The notes under the pieces were generated by a model that saw only the letters and a program-made list of their open reading frames with translations, ran no database searches and was not told where the DNA came from. Below, one piece after another: positions 49,046-58,776 of a stretch of 64,000 nucleotides of DNA. Both the position numbers and the translations under genes were made by a program. This DNA comes from a virus (Duplodnaviria; Heunggongvirae; Uroviricota; Caudoviricetes), in IMG/VR virus record IMGVR_UViG_3300006155_000234; one strand, written 5' to 3'. Every line of letters begins with the position of its first letter. Within the stretch, counting starts at the first letter, position 1.

Positions 49046-49267
49046 ATGAGTAGCAAAATATGGTTAAAATTGGATGATGTATTAGAAATGGAAGATACAA
49101 GTCCTAATCAAAAAATATGGTGTTTAACAGAAGATGGAACTATTGATTTTTTAACAACAGTATCTGAAATATGTAATGTTGTTAAAGAAAATGGTAAAGA
49201 TAAAGTAAATGCAGATATTTTATATGGTTTAGTTTCTGAAAGTAAAAGTGAACAGGAGGTAAAATAA
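49046..49267 (+). CDS. hypothetical protein
   Basis: ORF, RBS GAAGGTG. Confidence 0.45.
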   Translation: MSSKIWLKLDDVLEMEDTSPNQKIWCLTEDGTIDFLTTVSEICNVVKENGKDKVNADILYGLVSESKSEQEVK

Positions 49268-49268
49268 T

Positions 49269-49748
49269 ATGGGTATGTTTGATGAAATGAGTAAAACAGT
49301 TACAGATAGAATAATAAAAGAATGTCCATTTTGCAAAAAGATTTTAGTTCCAGACATAGAAGAAGCAACTCTTTGGCAAACAAAATCATTTAAAAATTTG
49401 TTATATATTATAGATTTAAAAGATATTAATAAAGATGTATTTGAAATGCATCATATTTGTCCAAATTGTAATAAATATATGAGTGTTAATATAGATATGA
49501 TAAGTGGAGATATTAATATATTCGATAGCAACTATAATTTTTCTGTTTGTAGTAAGTTTATTGATATGAGTTTAAGAGATGATTGGAAAAATGTACAATT
49601 ATCTAAATTTGAATTAAAGAATAATACTACTTCTTTTAATCTTAAAAATTGGTTAGAATCTAATAATGTTGGGTATAATAAAATAGAAGGCAATTTATCA
49701 AAGGATTTCTATATTATACCTAAAGAAGTCTTGGAAGATTTTACATAA
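49269..49748 (+). CDS. hypothetical protein with CxxC pairs
   Basis: CPFCKK...CPNCNK. Confidence 0.5.
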   Translation: MGMFDEMSKTVTDRIIKECPFCKKILVPDIEEATLWQTKSFKNLLYIIDLKDINKDVFEMHHICPNCNKYMSVNIDMISGDINIFDSNYNFSVCSKFIDMSLRDDWKNVQLSKFELKNNTTSFNLKNWLESNNVGYNKIEGNLSKDFYIIPKEVLEDFT

Positions 49749-49767
49749 ACACTTGACAAATAAATAC

Positions 49768-49796
49768 TTGACATAATTGCAAAATTATTGTATAAT
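49768..49796 (+). promoter_or_regulatory. sigma-A-type promoter TTGACA-17-TATAAT (P10), with a second TTGACA 15 nt upstream (49753-49758)
   Basis: acTTGACAaataaatacTTGACAtaattgcaaaattattgTATAAT. Confidence 0.55.
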
Positions 49797-49837
49797 ATAG
49801 TTAGGAAAAATAGACTTATAAGGAGGTGTAATGTAAA

Positions 49838-50353
49838 ATGGCAAGAAAAGCTGGAAGACCAAAGAAAGGTGAAATAGTTAAACCAGATGACCAATATTCA
49901 AATGCAAGAACTAAAGTAGCTCACTTTGTAAGAAGAAGTGGAATAGTAAAGAAATGTGTTGTCTGTGGAAATCCAGGAGCAATTCTTCATAATAGAGAAA
50001 ATCCATATATGATAGCATTTATTTGTGATGAATGTAGAAAAGACCCTGAAAAAGAAAAGAAGGCTGAAAGTTTAAGATTTGATATTAGAAATAAAGTACC
50101 AAAAAGAGGTACACATATATTAAGAACAAGTTCAAATGAATATATTACAAAAACAGTTGAAAATTATTTAAAAGATACATTACCTATTAGGGAGTATTGT
50201 AGAAAGATTGGAATATCAAATAAACAATTTCATTCTGTTGTTGATAGATATAAAGAATTATATCCAGACCAACCTATTGATGCATTTATTAAAAGTCATA
50301 GGGACACAATACACAGACACAGAATTAAAGAAAGTAAATCAGTAGATGTATAA
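49838..50353 (+). CDS. DNA-binding protein with AT-hook (GRPKKG) and CxxC..CxxC zinc finger
   Basis: MARKAGRPKKGE...CVVCGN...CDEC; RBS AAGGAGGTG. Confidence 0.5.
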   Translation: MARKAGRPKKGEIVKPDDQYSNARTKVAHFVRRSGIVKKCVVCGNPGAILHNRENPYMIAFICDECRKDPEKEKKAESLRFDIRNKVPKRGTHILRTSSNEYITKTVENYLKDTLPIREYCRKIGISNKQFHSVVDRYKELYPDQPIDAFIKSHRDTIHRHRIKESKSVDV

Positions 50354-50364
50354 TTTAAGATAAA

Positions 50365-50400
50365 AATTGCATGATAAAAATATTATGCAATTTTTTATTT
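50365..50400 (+). terminator. rho-independent terminator
   Basis: 8-bp stem aattgcat/atgcaatt followed by T6. Confidence 0.6.
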
Positions 50401-50405
50401 TACTA

Positions 50406-50434
50406 TTGACAGATAAAAATATCTATGATAAAAT
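50406..50434 (+). promoter_or_regulatory. sigma-A-type promoter candidate TTGACA-17-TAAAAT (P11)
   Basis: tactaTTGACAgataaaaatatctatgaTAAAAT. Confidence 0.4.
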
Positions 50435-50461
50435 AGCACCATAGTAAAAATACCATATATT

Positions 50462-51310
50462 ATGGTAAAAATATTTAAGGGGAGGAATACTATTATGGAA
50501 AATAGTAAATTTTTAATAATTAGACCAAATGAGTTTAATTTTGATATTGAAGGTTATAATTATACAAAGGTGTTGGGATTAAAATGTTTTTGTGGAAATA
50601 AACAAAAATTAGTTAGACGACAACCAACAACTTGGGCATCATTAGCAAGAGAAGTTATTAACTCATTTAGCTATGAGATTGAACAAGCAACTGAAAATAA
50701 TTGGGAGGCATTCGAAACAAAATTTAATATAGCATTAGGAAATATGATATTAAGCTGGGGAGGTAAAACAAATACAAGTTTTTCAGAGAAACTATTTACG
50801 GAACCAATTCATATAAGAAGTAATGTGTATAAAAATAACCAGAATAGTATGTTAGAGATATTTAGAACACCTATGGGAGAACCAAAATATATAACAGCAG
50901 TATATAGTGGTGAGGTTGTATGGGTATTAAATGCTTTGATAACTGCATTAGAAGATTATGATGTTAGTATTGAGATAGAATATATACACAGAGAGGATTT
51001 AGCAAGGGAACTTAATATAGAGGAAGAAACAGAAAAACAATTAAGCATAGATGATATATCTAGTACAAACAAGAATACACCAGAAACAGACGAAGATATA
51101 GAAGAGATACAAGGTAATGCTACAATATATATAAGTCTTTTAAAATTAAAATTGGATGATATGTATAGACAGTATGGAATACCAGATGAAGAATATAATA
51201 AAATGAAAAGTTGGTTAGACCATATTGCAATATCAATATTAGACATGAAGGCTACTATAAGTCTGATAACAGATTTATCTTCTAAAATGAATGAAAAGTT
51301 AGGTAATTAG
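50462..51310 (+). CDS. hypothetical protein
   Basis: ORF, RBS GGGGAGG (the internal ATG at 50496 is also possible). Confidence 0.5.
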   Translation: MVKIFKGRNTIMENSKFLIIRPNEFNFDIEGYNYTKVLGLKCFCGNKQKLVRRQPTTWASLAREVINSFSYEIEQATENNWEAFETKFNIALGNMILSWGGKTNTSFSEKLFTEPIHIRSNVYKNNQNSMLEIFRTPMGEPKYITAVYSGEVVWVLNALITALEDYDVSIEIEYIHREDLARELNIEEETEKQLSIDDISSTNKNTPETDEDIEEIQGNATIYISLLKLKLDDMYRQYGIPDEEYNKMKSWLDHIAISILDMKATISLITDLSSKMNEKLGN

Positions 51311-51327
51311 TTGAATATACAAAATTG

Positions 51328-51342
51328 GTAAAATATTAATGA
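51328..51342 (+). promoter_or_regulatory. late-promoter-like motif GTAAAATATTAATGA (L7), embedded in a terminator hairpin (51333-51371)
   Basis: Exact motif; atattaatgagg/cctcattaatat stem followed by T6. Confidence 0.45.
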
Positions 51343-51393
51343 GGAAATGTAAAACCTCATTAATATTTTTTATTATGTAAAGGAGAGTGTAGA

Positions 51394-54219
51394 ATGGCAT
51401 CAGTTACAACACCAACAATAAATAAAATAATTAGATTGAATAATTATGATTTGCTAGGAACTAAATGTAATAAGTATAATATGTATATGTGCCTAGATAC
51501 ACTACAACTATGGTATGATGAATCTGATTCAAAAAGAACATTATATGGATATGTTGGAGTAGATACAGTTAATGATTTACAAAATAATATAATACCAGAA
51601 ATGGGTATTACATATTATTGTTGGGAGAGTAATTCATTGTGGCTATGGATGAATAGGTGGATTTGTATATATTCTGATAATAAGTATCCAAGTGCATACA
51701 GAACAGACCATGATTTCATAGAAGAAGTATATTTAGATGACCAAAATCCGACAATAGTAGATAATAATGGATTACTACGAGATGGTTCAGTAGTAATAAG
51801 AGATGCAAACAGAATAATCAAAGGTAGATTATATGTAAGTGATAAACATGATAATCTTGTGCTATCTTCTTATTTAGGTGGAGGGGTAAGAATACTTCCA
51901 AATGGTTCTTTTTCATCTGAAGGTGAGTTATATATAGATGACCAATCTACTGCATATATAAGAGGAGAATGGAATGTACTAAATAATGAAATATTTGTAG
52001 ATTATAATGAACGACCTTCATTAGATAATAATCCATATAAGACAGATGCACATAGATATAAAGTATGGCATGAAGGAAATTTACAATTAGAAAATTTACA
52101 ATTATCTGGAGAAGCAATATATAATAAACTTGTGCAAGGACAAGCAGATGGTACACTACCAGCTACATTTAATTTTAATGTAGATAAATTAGATGGATTA
52201 CATGCTACAGATTTTGCACTAAAATCACATGTTCATAAAGCAGCAGATATATCAGATTTTAGTACAGTTGCTAAATCAAATGCTTTACAAGAAATGATTG
52301 ATAAATTAACTAATATGGAATATAAAGGTGCAAAGATAATATGGTCAGCATCTAAAAAGAAATTTACATTGAGTACAGATAATTTTATATTAGCATTTAC
52401 AGGAGGAGCAACAGGACAAGGAACAGTTATCAATAATACAAATACAACAATACCTTTAACAATAGACCCAGATAAGCATAAGCATAAAGATATAACAGAT
52501 AGATTAGATGCATTAGAAGGAGCTGCAGGTAAAGATTTATCAAATTACTACAATAAGAAAGAAACAGAAGATTTATTAAATGATATGTTTACAACATCTC
52601 CAACTCCAGGAAAAGCATTACTTGTAGATAGTGATAAGAATTTGCCAGGAAATGCTTTAACAGCAAGTGATTTAGACCACGATACTAAACTTAAATTAGA
52701 AGGAGATATTACTGGAGAAGTTTTATTCGGTTATGATAAATTATCTTTAACAATGTCAACAGATGCTTCTAATATAGTATCAGATACACCAACTTCAGGA
52801 AAAGCATTGAAATTAGATACAGATGGAAATTTACCAACAACTGCTTATAATGCAAAAGAATTAGACCATGAGATTGCATTTGAAATAACAGGTGCAGTAA
52901 AAGGAAATGCAAAATTAGATACATCTAAAAATAGTTTTAAAATAACAACTACACTTGACGGTTCTGCAGCAGTATTAACTCCTAGTGATATTGGTGTTAA
53001 AATACCAAGTTTAGTAAACGGAATAGTTCCAGAATCTCAATTACCAGAAGGATTGACAAAAGCAGTAAGGATAATGGGAAATTGGGATGGTGGAGGAGCT
53101 CCATCAGCAACACCTAAAGAATCACAGGCATGGTTAGTTACAACAGCAAATACTTTTGGTGGAAAGAATTATAAAGTAGGAGATTGGATTTATTATTATA
53201 ATTCGAGTTGGAATAGAGCTGATTTAGGTGTAAGTGTAAAATCTGTAAATGGTAAGTCAGGAGAAAGTATTACATTAACACCTGCAGATGTAAAAGCAAT
53301 ATCAGAAGATTATATAGATTATACAATAGGTGCAGATATTCCACAAAATAAAATAGTAGTTACAGATAAAGTAGGACATATTGCAGGAGCAACAGTTGAT
53401 AAATTAACAAAAGAATTTACAGTAGGAAGTACTGATGGAGATGTTTCAATAAATGCAACAAAAAGTACAAATCTAAAAACAGATGGTACAAAGAATTTTG
53501 ATTTGACTATGGAATTTACACAAGATGGTTATGATAACATAGCAACTAAATTAAGAAGAGATATAAAAAACAATAATTCAAATGTAGCATTTAGAAAGAA
53601 TTTGAACTTTGTTGACTTTGCTATAGCAGATGATAGTGGAACGAATACAGTTACAATTAAACCTGATTATACTAAAGTTGATGAAATATTATATTTTAAT
53701 GGAACGCTTACAGATGATTTTAAGAAAAGATTAACTAATAACTATTATAATAAAAATGACAGACCTTTTTATATAGCATATAGAGATGCTAACAATAGAA
53801 TACAATTAGTTGGAATAAATGGAAGTATTGCAGACGCAGCAGATAATACAACTATTTCTATACCAACAGGAGAATATTCAACAACATTAGAAAATAGTAA
53901 AGTAGTTACTAAAACAGCAGTAGCAAGTGTAACTTTTGACGGAACAGGTAATATATCTAATTTTGCTATTACTAGAAGTACAGGAACAGAAGCCTTACCT
54001 ATTTCTGGGGGAACAATGACAGGAACAATTACTTCAAGAGCATTAACACCATCTGCAAATAATACTTATGCAATAGGAACATCTGCTGCAAGATATAGTA
54101 CTGGATATTTTACAACTACAAATACAACAAATCTGACTGTAAATGGTAGAAAAGTATTTATACAGAGTAGTACACCATCAGGAGCAGCAAATGGTGATAT
54201 ATGGATAGTAACAAAGTAG
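51394..54219 (+). CDS. tail fibre protein (large, repeat-containing)
   Basis: 941 aa, RBS AAAGGAGAG. Reiterated fibre-type segments (..SDLDHDTKLKLEGDITGEV.. / ..KELDHEIAFEITGAVKGNAKLD..); Gly/Thr/Asn-rich. Confidence 0.6.
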   Translation: MASVTTPTINKIIRLNNYDLLGTKCNKYNMYMCLDTLQLWYDESDSKRTLYGYVGVDTVNDLQNNIIPEMGITYYCWESNSLWLWMNRWICIYSDNKYPSAYRTDHDFIEEVYLDDQNPTIVDNNGLLRDGSVVIRDANRIIKGRLYVSDKHDNLVLSSYLGGGVRILPNGSFSSEGELYIDDQSTAYIRGEWNVLNNEIFVDYNERPSLDNNPYKTDAHRYKVWHEGNLQLENLQLSGEAIYNKLVQGQADGTLPATFNFNVDKLDGLHATDFALKSHVHKAADISDFSTVAKSNALQEMIDKLTNMEYKGAKIIWSASKKKFTLSTDNFILAFTGGATGQGTVINNTNTTIPLTIDPDKHKHKDITDRLDALEGAAGKDLSNYYNKKETEDLLNDMFTTSPTPGKALLVDSDKNLPGNALTASDLDHDTKLKLEGDITGEVLFGYDKLSLTMSTDASNIVSDTPTSGKALKLDTDGNLPTTAYNAKELDHEIAFEITGAVKGNAKLDTSKNSFKITTTLDGSAAVLTPSDIGVKIPSLVNGIVPESQLPEGLTKAVRIMGNWDGGGAPSATPKESQAWLVTTANTFGGKNYKVGDWIYYYNSSWNRADLGVSVKSVNGKSGESITLTPADVKAISEDYIDYTIGADIPQNKIVVTDKVGHIAGATVDKLTKEFTVGSTDGDVSINATKSTNLKTDGTKNFDLTMEFTQDGYDNIATKLRRDIKNNNSNVAFRKNLNFVDFAIADDSGTNTVTIKPDYTKVDEILYFNGTLTDDFKKRLTNNYYNKNDRPFYIAYRDANNRIQLVGINGSIADAADNTTISIPTGEYSTTLENSKVVTKTAVASVTFDGTGNISNFAITRSTGTEALPISGGTMTGTITSRALTPSANNTYAIGTSAARYSTGYFTTTNTTNLTVNGRKVFIQSSTPSGAANGDIWIVTK

Positions 54220-54231
54220 GAGGTAGATAAT

Positions 54232-54984
54232 ATGGCTTTAGAAGAGGTAACAAGTTTTGGAGCAACAGGTTATACACATTATCATAATCATGCGTCTACA
54301 ACTACTTATGATGTATCAAGTATATTAAGAATTAGAAACGGACCAGGAACTGGGTATGCTAAAGTAGGACGACACCAACCATCTGATTGGTGGTGGGTTG
54401 CTGAAAACTATGGTGGATGGTGTAGAGAGCCTAGTGCAAATAGGTGGACATCAAATGCTTTTATGTCTAATCCTAATCCAGCACAACCATCTCCAGGAGA
54501 ATTTAGAGTAAATTCATTTAAAGTAACAGCAACTAGAAGTGCTGCAAATGATAAAACTTTATCTGTAAAGTATGAGTGGTGGTGGAACAATGTAGGTGGT
54601 ACAACAGAAACTTATTATCATTGGAGAGTATATTGTTATGCAGCTAAAAATGGTGGGGAAGCACAATATAATATTCACGGAGATGCTCAAAATATAGGCA
54701 GAGATGGAAGTGGATATTTTACAGAAACATGGACTATGCAGGAAACATCAGGAAATACTACATTACATTTTGGTAACTATGGTGTATGGTACACTAGCTG
54801 GGGTGGTTATTGGAATCCTGGAGGTGGTGTAGGAAATGGATTTACATTTAATATACCAAAATATCAACCAAGCCCAGTAAAACAATTAGTAAATGGTACT
54901 TGGGAAACCATAGGATTAAAAAGTGGAAATGGACAAGATATAACAGTAAAACAATACAATGGCTCAAGTTGGATAGATTTATAG
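54232..54984 (+). CDS. tail-associated structural protein (Trp/Gly-rich)
   Basis: ORF, RBS AGGAGG, between tail genes. Confidence 0.5.
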   Translation: MALEEVTSFGATGYTHYHNHASTTTYDVSSILRIRNGPGTGYAKVGRHQPSDWWWVAENYGGWCREPSANRWTSNAFMSNPNPAQPSPGEFRVNSFKVTATRSAANDKTLSVKYEWWWNNVGGTTETYYHWRVYCYAAKNGGEAQYNIHGDAQNIGRDGSGYFTETWTMQETSGNTTLHFGNYGVWYTSWGGYWNPGGGVGNGFTFNIPKYQPSPVKQLVNGTWETIGLKSGNGQDITVKQYNGSSWIDL

Positions 54985-54991
54985 AATATGA

Positions 54992-55024
54992 AAAAGACTA
55001 CAAATAATGTAGTCTTTATTTTTG
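54992..55024 (+). terminator. rho-independent terminator
   Basis: 10-bp stem aaagactaca/tgtagtcttt followed by ATTTTT. Confidence 0.65.
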
Positions 55025-55039
55025 GTAAAATATTAATGA
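55025..55039 (+). promoter_or_regulatory. late-promoter-like motif GTAAAATATTAATGA (L8)
   Basis: Exact motif directly after the terminator. Confidence 0.45.
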
Positions 55040-55071
55040 GTAATAAGTATTATAGAAAGGAGATTATATAT

Positions 55072-57270
55072 ATGGCAGATGTTTGGTGTGATAATGGTTG
55101 GCATACTGGTGGAGCACCTAGAAGAAAAGTATCTGGAACTTTAAGTGCTAATTATTCAGGTTTAACCATAAGTGCTTCTTTCAGTGGAAATCAAGTATTA
55201 ACTGCATCAGGTCACTCTTCAATGTCAGATACAGTAAGACTTTACATAGATGGTAACCAGGTTGGCAGTACAACAGTTGCAATGGTTGGTGGTGGAATAT
55301 CTATGTCAGGTTCTTTAAATGTAGGTGCTGGAAATCATACAATTTCAGTAACTATGGAATGTCCTGATATTACAAATGGAAGACATTGTTCTGCCAATCT
55401 AAGAGGACCTGTAACTATTGGCTCTTTAACATTATATGTACCAGACCCATATTCTCCTCCTGCCTATGATATATGGAGTGCTACTCAAATAGTAAAAGTA
55501 GATAGAGATAAAGTAGATGTAAACTATAAGATAAATGGTGGTACTAATGGACTTGGTTGGGTAATAGCAAGAGTAGATGGTGTAAGAGATTTTGGTTTTG
55601 GAAATGGTAAGGGAGATTCTTTATGGGGTAGTTTCTATCCAACTTGGGGTGATGGGTTTAGACATGGAAGTTCTTATAATGTTAGGATAAGGTTTAGTGA
55701 TGGTCATGCAGAATATCAAACAGGACATAAAACATTTTATACATATCAAGAACCTACTATAACAGGTGTATCTGCAAATCCTACTGCTGTAAATGCACAA
55801 AATCAAACAATAACATTTACACAATCAGGAATTAATGATAGAGCTTGGGCAGCACTAGAACAACAATTCTACACATTAGCACATTGTTCATATAGTGGTG
55901 TAAATATAGGAAATGCTTGGACACAAGTAGGAACAGCAGGTAATAATTCTACATTTACTTTAAGTGGAGCAAATTTAAGAGGATTTGTACCAAAAGCTTA
56001 TGATAATCAAATAATAACAATGCATGTTAAAAGAAGAAATAACTCAGCAAATTGGGAAAGTGCAGAAAAGACTTGCACCTTTAAAGTAATATATAAACCA
56101 TTAAAAGGTGTAACTTGTGGTAATCTTTCATATAGAAAAAATAACTCAAGTGGAAGTGGAATAGGTAAAGACGATTTAGTAATAAATGATACCAGTTTGA
56201 CAGGAATATATTTAAGTTGGGTATATGATACAACAACAGCAGATGCTGGTTATACACAAGGATATAGAATAAGATTATATAATCAAGCAGGAACAGTAGT
56301 AAAAACATATTATACAACAAGTAAGAGTTTTGTAATACCAAAAGCAGATATACCAAAAATGCAACATACTAAAGTAGATATAACACCTTATTTTGGAAAT
56401 GACCAAGCTCAATTAGCAAATCCAGCTTATGCAAGTAATTATTGGTATTTCACATCTCCTACTCAATGTGATTTTGTTGTAATGGCTGCTAGATTAGCAA
56501 AACCATCAATAACATATCCAATAGAAGGTTCTGATTGGATAAATACAAAATTTAGAGTATGTTTTCAATTACCAGCAGACCCAGATAAAGGTTCTGAATT
56601 AGAAACATATCATTATGATGATATAGAAATAGAAGTAAATAATAAAGTATTCAGATTAACATCTGACCCAGCAGGTAAGACAGCAACAGGTACACAAGCA
56701 GCATCTATATCAAGTGCATTAGCAAGTAATTTAACATATCAAAGGAAAATGATATTTGCACCATTTAAAGCATCAGGGTTTCCTATTGCAACAACATATA
56801 GATTGAGAGTAAGAGTTAAAAAGAAATATACAGGTGATAAAAATAATTGGAGTGAATGGAGTAATGTTAGAACATTTACAATAACACCAGCATCATTTAC
56901 ACCAGTTAGAGGAGATATAATATATGCAACACATTATAATAATTCTAAAGCATTAATAAATAGAGTAAGGAATACTTATGGTGTAGTATGGAATAATCAA
57001 CCAAATAATGTAGTAAGAGGAACAACTATATTAAGAACACAATACCCTTATGCTAATTGGTATGATAGAATAGTAGCAACAAAGAAACAGGTAAATGATT
57101 ATGGTTCATTTGATAATAATGATGTTAAGTTTGACCATACAAACAATATAGTAGAGAACTTTTCTCAATATATAGAATATGTAACAGCAGACAGCAATGA
57201 AGCTAAAAGTGATGGAAGTGGTAGAAATTATATGAGGATAGTTTATGATAGATGTAATAGATTAATTTAG
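55072..57270 (+). CDS. large tail/receptor-binding structural protein
   Basis: Start moved to the ATG behind AAAGGAG; beta-rich Gly/Thr/Asn composition. Confidence 0.55.
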   Translation: MADVWCDNGWHTGGAPRRKVSGTLSANYSGLTISASFSGNQVLTASGHSSMSDTVRLYIDGNQVGSTTVAMVGGGISMSGSLNVGAGNHTISVTMECPDITNGRHCSANLRGPVTIGSLTLYVPDPYSPPAYDIWSATQIVKVDRDKVDVNYKINGGTNGLGWVIARVDGVRDFGFGNGKGDSLWGSFYPTWGDGFRHGSSYNVRIRFSDGHAEYQTGHKTFYTYQEPTITGVSANPTAVNAQNQTITFTQSGINDRAWAALEQQFYTLAHCSYSGVNIGNAWTQVGTAGNNSTFTLSGANLRGFVPKAYDNQIITMHVKRRNNSANWESAEKTCTFKVIYKPLKGVTCGNLSYRKNNSSGSGIGKDDLVINDTSLTGIYLSWVYDTTTADAGYTQGYRIRLYNQAGTVVKTYYTTSKSFVIPKADIPKMQHTKVDITPYFGNDQAQLANPAYASNYWYFTSPTQCDFVVMAARLAKPSITYPIEGSDWINTKFRVCFQLPADPDKGSELETYHYDDIEIEVNNKVFRLTSDPAGKTATGTQAASISSALASNLTYQRKMIFAPFKASGFPIATTYRLRVRVKKKYTGDKNNWSEWSNVRTFTITPASFTPVRGDIIYATHYNNSKALINRVRNTYGVVWNNQPNNVVRGTTILRTQYPYANWYDRIVATKKQVNDYGSFDNNDVKFDHTNNIVENFSQYIEYVTADSNEAKSDGSGRNYMRIVYDRCNRLI

Positions 57271-57282
57271 GAGGTTATTGAG

Positions 57283-57723
57283 ATGATGCCATTTTGTAAA
57301 AGGAATATAAATCTATCAAAGGGAAATATAACTCAAGAAATATTATATTCTACTGGTGCTGCACCTGCACAAGAGGGAAGTATATTTGTATTAGATAAAC
57401 CTATGATTGATTATGATTTTATAAGATTTGATTGGTTAGCAGCAGTAGTAGGGGATATATCAAAATCAATAAATGTATCAACTTGGTATAACCCTAGTTG
57501 GCATAGTAATTCTTTATGGCAAGATAATGAGGTAGTATTAAATGTAACACAGTTAAGAAGTAATTATGTATATTTTGCTTGTATTCAAGGAAAATGGAAT
57601 GATGAAAAAGGAAAAACAATAACTATATTATTTAATAGAAGAAAAAGAGAAGGACAAGAAATAACAGATGAGGACTTAAATCTAAATAAAATACATGCTG
57701 TTTATGGATATAAAGTTTTATAG
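57283..57723 (+). CDS. small tail-associated protein, paralog 1 of an MPFCK-family triplet
   Basis: Starts MMPFCKRN; RBS AGGAGG. Confidence 0.5.
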   Translation: MMPFCKRNINLSKGNITQEILYSTGAAPAQEGSIFVLDKPMIDYDFIRFDWLAAVVGDISKSINVSTWYNPSWHSNSLWQDNEVVLNVTQLRSNYVYFACIQGKWNDEKGKTITILFNRRKREGQEITDEDLNLNKIHAVYGYKVL

Positions 57724-57755
57724 ATACAGCAAGTCAGAGGAGGATTATAATAACT

Positions 57756-58208
57756 ATGATACCATTTTGTAAGATAGGTGATAGCAATTCTTATGAAGAA
57801 ATAGTAAAAGAGTGGACAGAAGTTGATTCTAATGGTAAAGATTTAATTGAAAAACAAAGAGCTAGAAAATATGATAATGGAGATTTAATTATAAATTGTA
57901 AATGGAATGGGTGGATTACAACAGATATGGTAACTAATGTGGGGTATAGAAGTATGTCAATAGGATTCAAGAATTTTATAGTACCCTTTAAAAGTGATAT
58001 AGATGTATTTGATAGACCACAAATATTTTGGAATATATATAATTTTGATTATAATCCATCATCTGATTTAACATATATAACACAATACTTACCACAATTT
58101 AGAAGTACACCAGAAAATCCAGGAAGAGTTGTAGTACAAAGAAATGGTCCTTTAAGCGAATATGTAAGTTGTGCCATCGGATATATGGCAATAGGAAAAT
58201 GGAAATAA
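57756..58208 (+). CDS. small tail-associated protein, paralog 2 (MIPFCK)
   Basis: Starts MIPFCKIGD; RBS GGAGGA. Confidence 0.5.
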   Translation: MIPFCKIGDSNSYEEIVKEWTEVDSNGKDLIEKQRARKYDNGDLIINCKWNGWITTDMVTNVGYRSMSIGFKNFIVPFKSDIDVFDRPQIFWNIYNFDYNPSSDLTYITQYLPQFRSTPENPGRVVVQRNGPLSEYVSCAIGYMAIGKWK

Positions 58209-58224
58209 GGAGGAATATATAATT

Positions 58225-58689
58225 ATGATACCAAATTGTAAAAACAATAATTTAGAAGAAAAATATAATAAGTTAATTGACGATTTATATTATAAACCAA
58301 ATGACTATTTGATTTCAGATAGTTATTTTGTTTCAGGATATGTTACATCTTTGAGAAAGTCAATACATATATTTATTGTTGTAGATAAAAGTATGTATAA
58401 TATAAATAATATAATTATAGAAAAATTTGGTGGAAGTATTAGACATTCTTTAGGTGGTTATATATTTGAAACTGCATACGGAGGTGCTAATCATTCTATT
58501 CTAAAAGAATCTACATTTTCAGATTATACTGCACATAAAATGAATAATCATACAATACTTGCAAAGTTTAATTTCATTTCTGAAATACCAGTGTACTATG
58601 CAAATGGTTCTCAAGTAACTAATTCTGCAATAACAAATAATTATTTAATAGGAACAGTAATAGAAGATTTAAAAATAAGATTTGAATAA
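58225..58689 (+). CDS. small tail-associated protein, paralog 3 (MIPNCK)
   Basis: Starts MIPNCKNN; RBS AAGGAGGA. Confidence 0.5.
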   Translation: MIPNCKNNNLEEKYNKLIDDLYYKPNDYLISDSYFVSGYVTSLRKSIHIFIVVDKSMYNINNIIIEKFGGSIRHSLGGYIFETAYGGANHSILKESTFSDYTAHKMNNHTILAKFNFISEIPVYYANGSQVTNSAITNNYLIGTVIEDLKIRFE

Positions 58690-58715
58690 GGGCAAATAAG
58701 CCCTTATTTATTTTG
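58688..58715 (+). terminator. rho-independent terminator
   Basis: Stem aagggc/gccctt followed by ATTTATTTT. Confidence 0.55.
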
Positions 58716-58730
58716 GTAAAATATTAATGA
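58716..58730 (+). promoter_or_regulatory. late-promoter-like motif GTAAAATATTAATGA (L9)
   Basis: Exact motif directly after the terminator. Confidence 0.45.
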
Positions 58731-58776
58731 GGTAATAAAATACATAGATTGTATATAAATTAAAGGAGGTAATCAA

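Noticed and set aside
3999-50434. Considered whether the repeated 29-45-bp units could be a CRISPR array or MITE-like repeats.
   Set aside because: The copies are dispersed (kb apart), each sits 20-60 nt upstream of a gene start, and each contains consensus -35/-10 hexamers, so they are promoters and not arrayed repeats. No repeat-spacer periodicity was found anywhere in the window.
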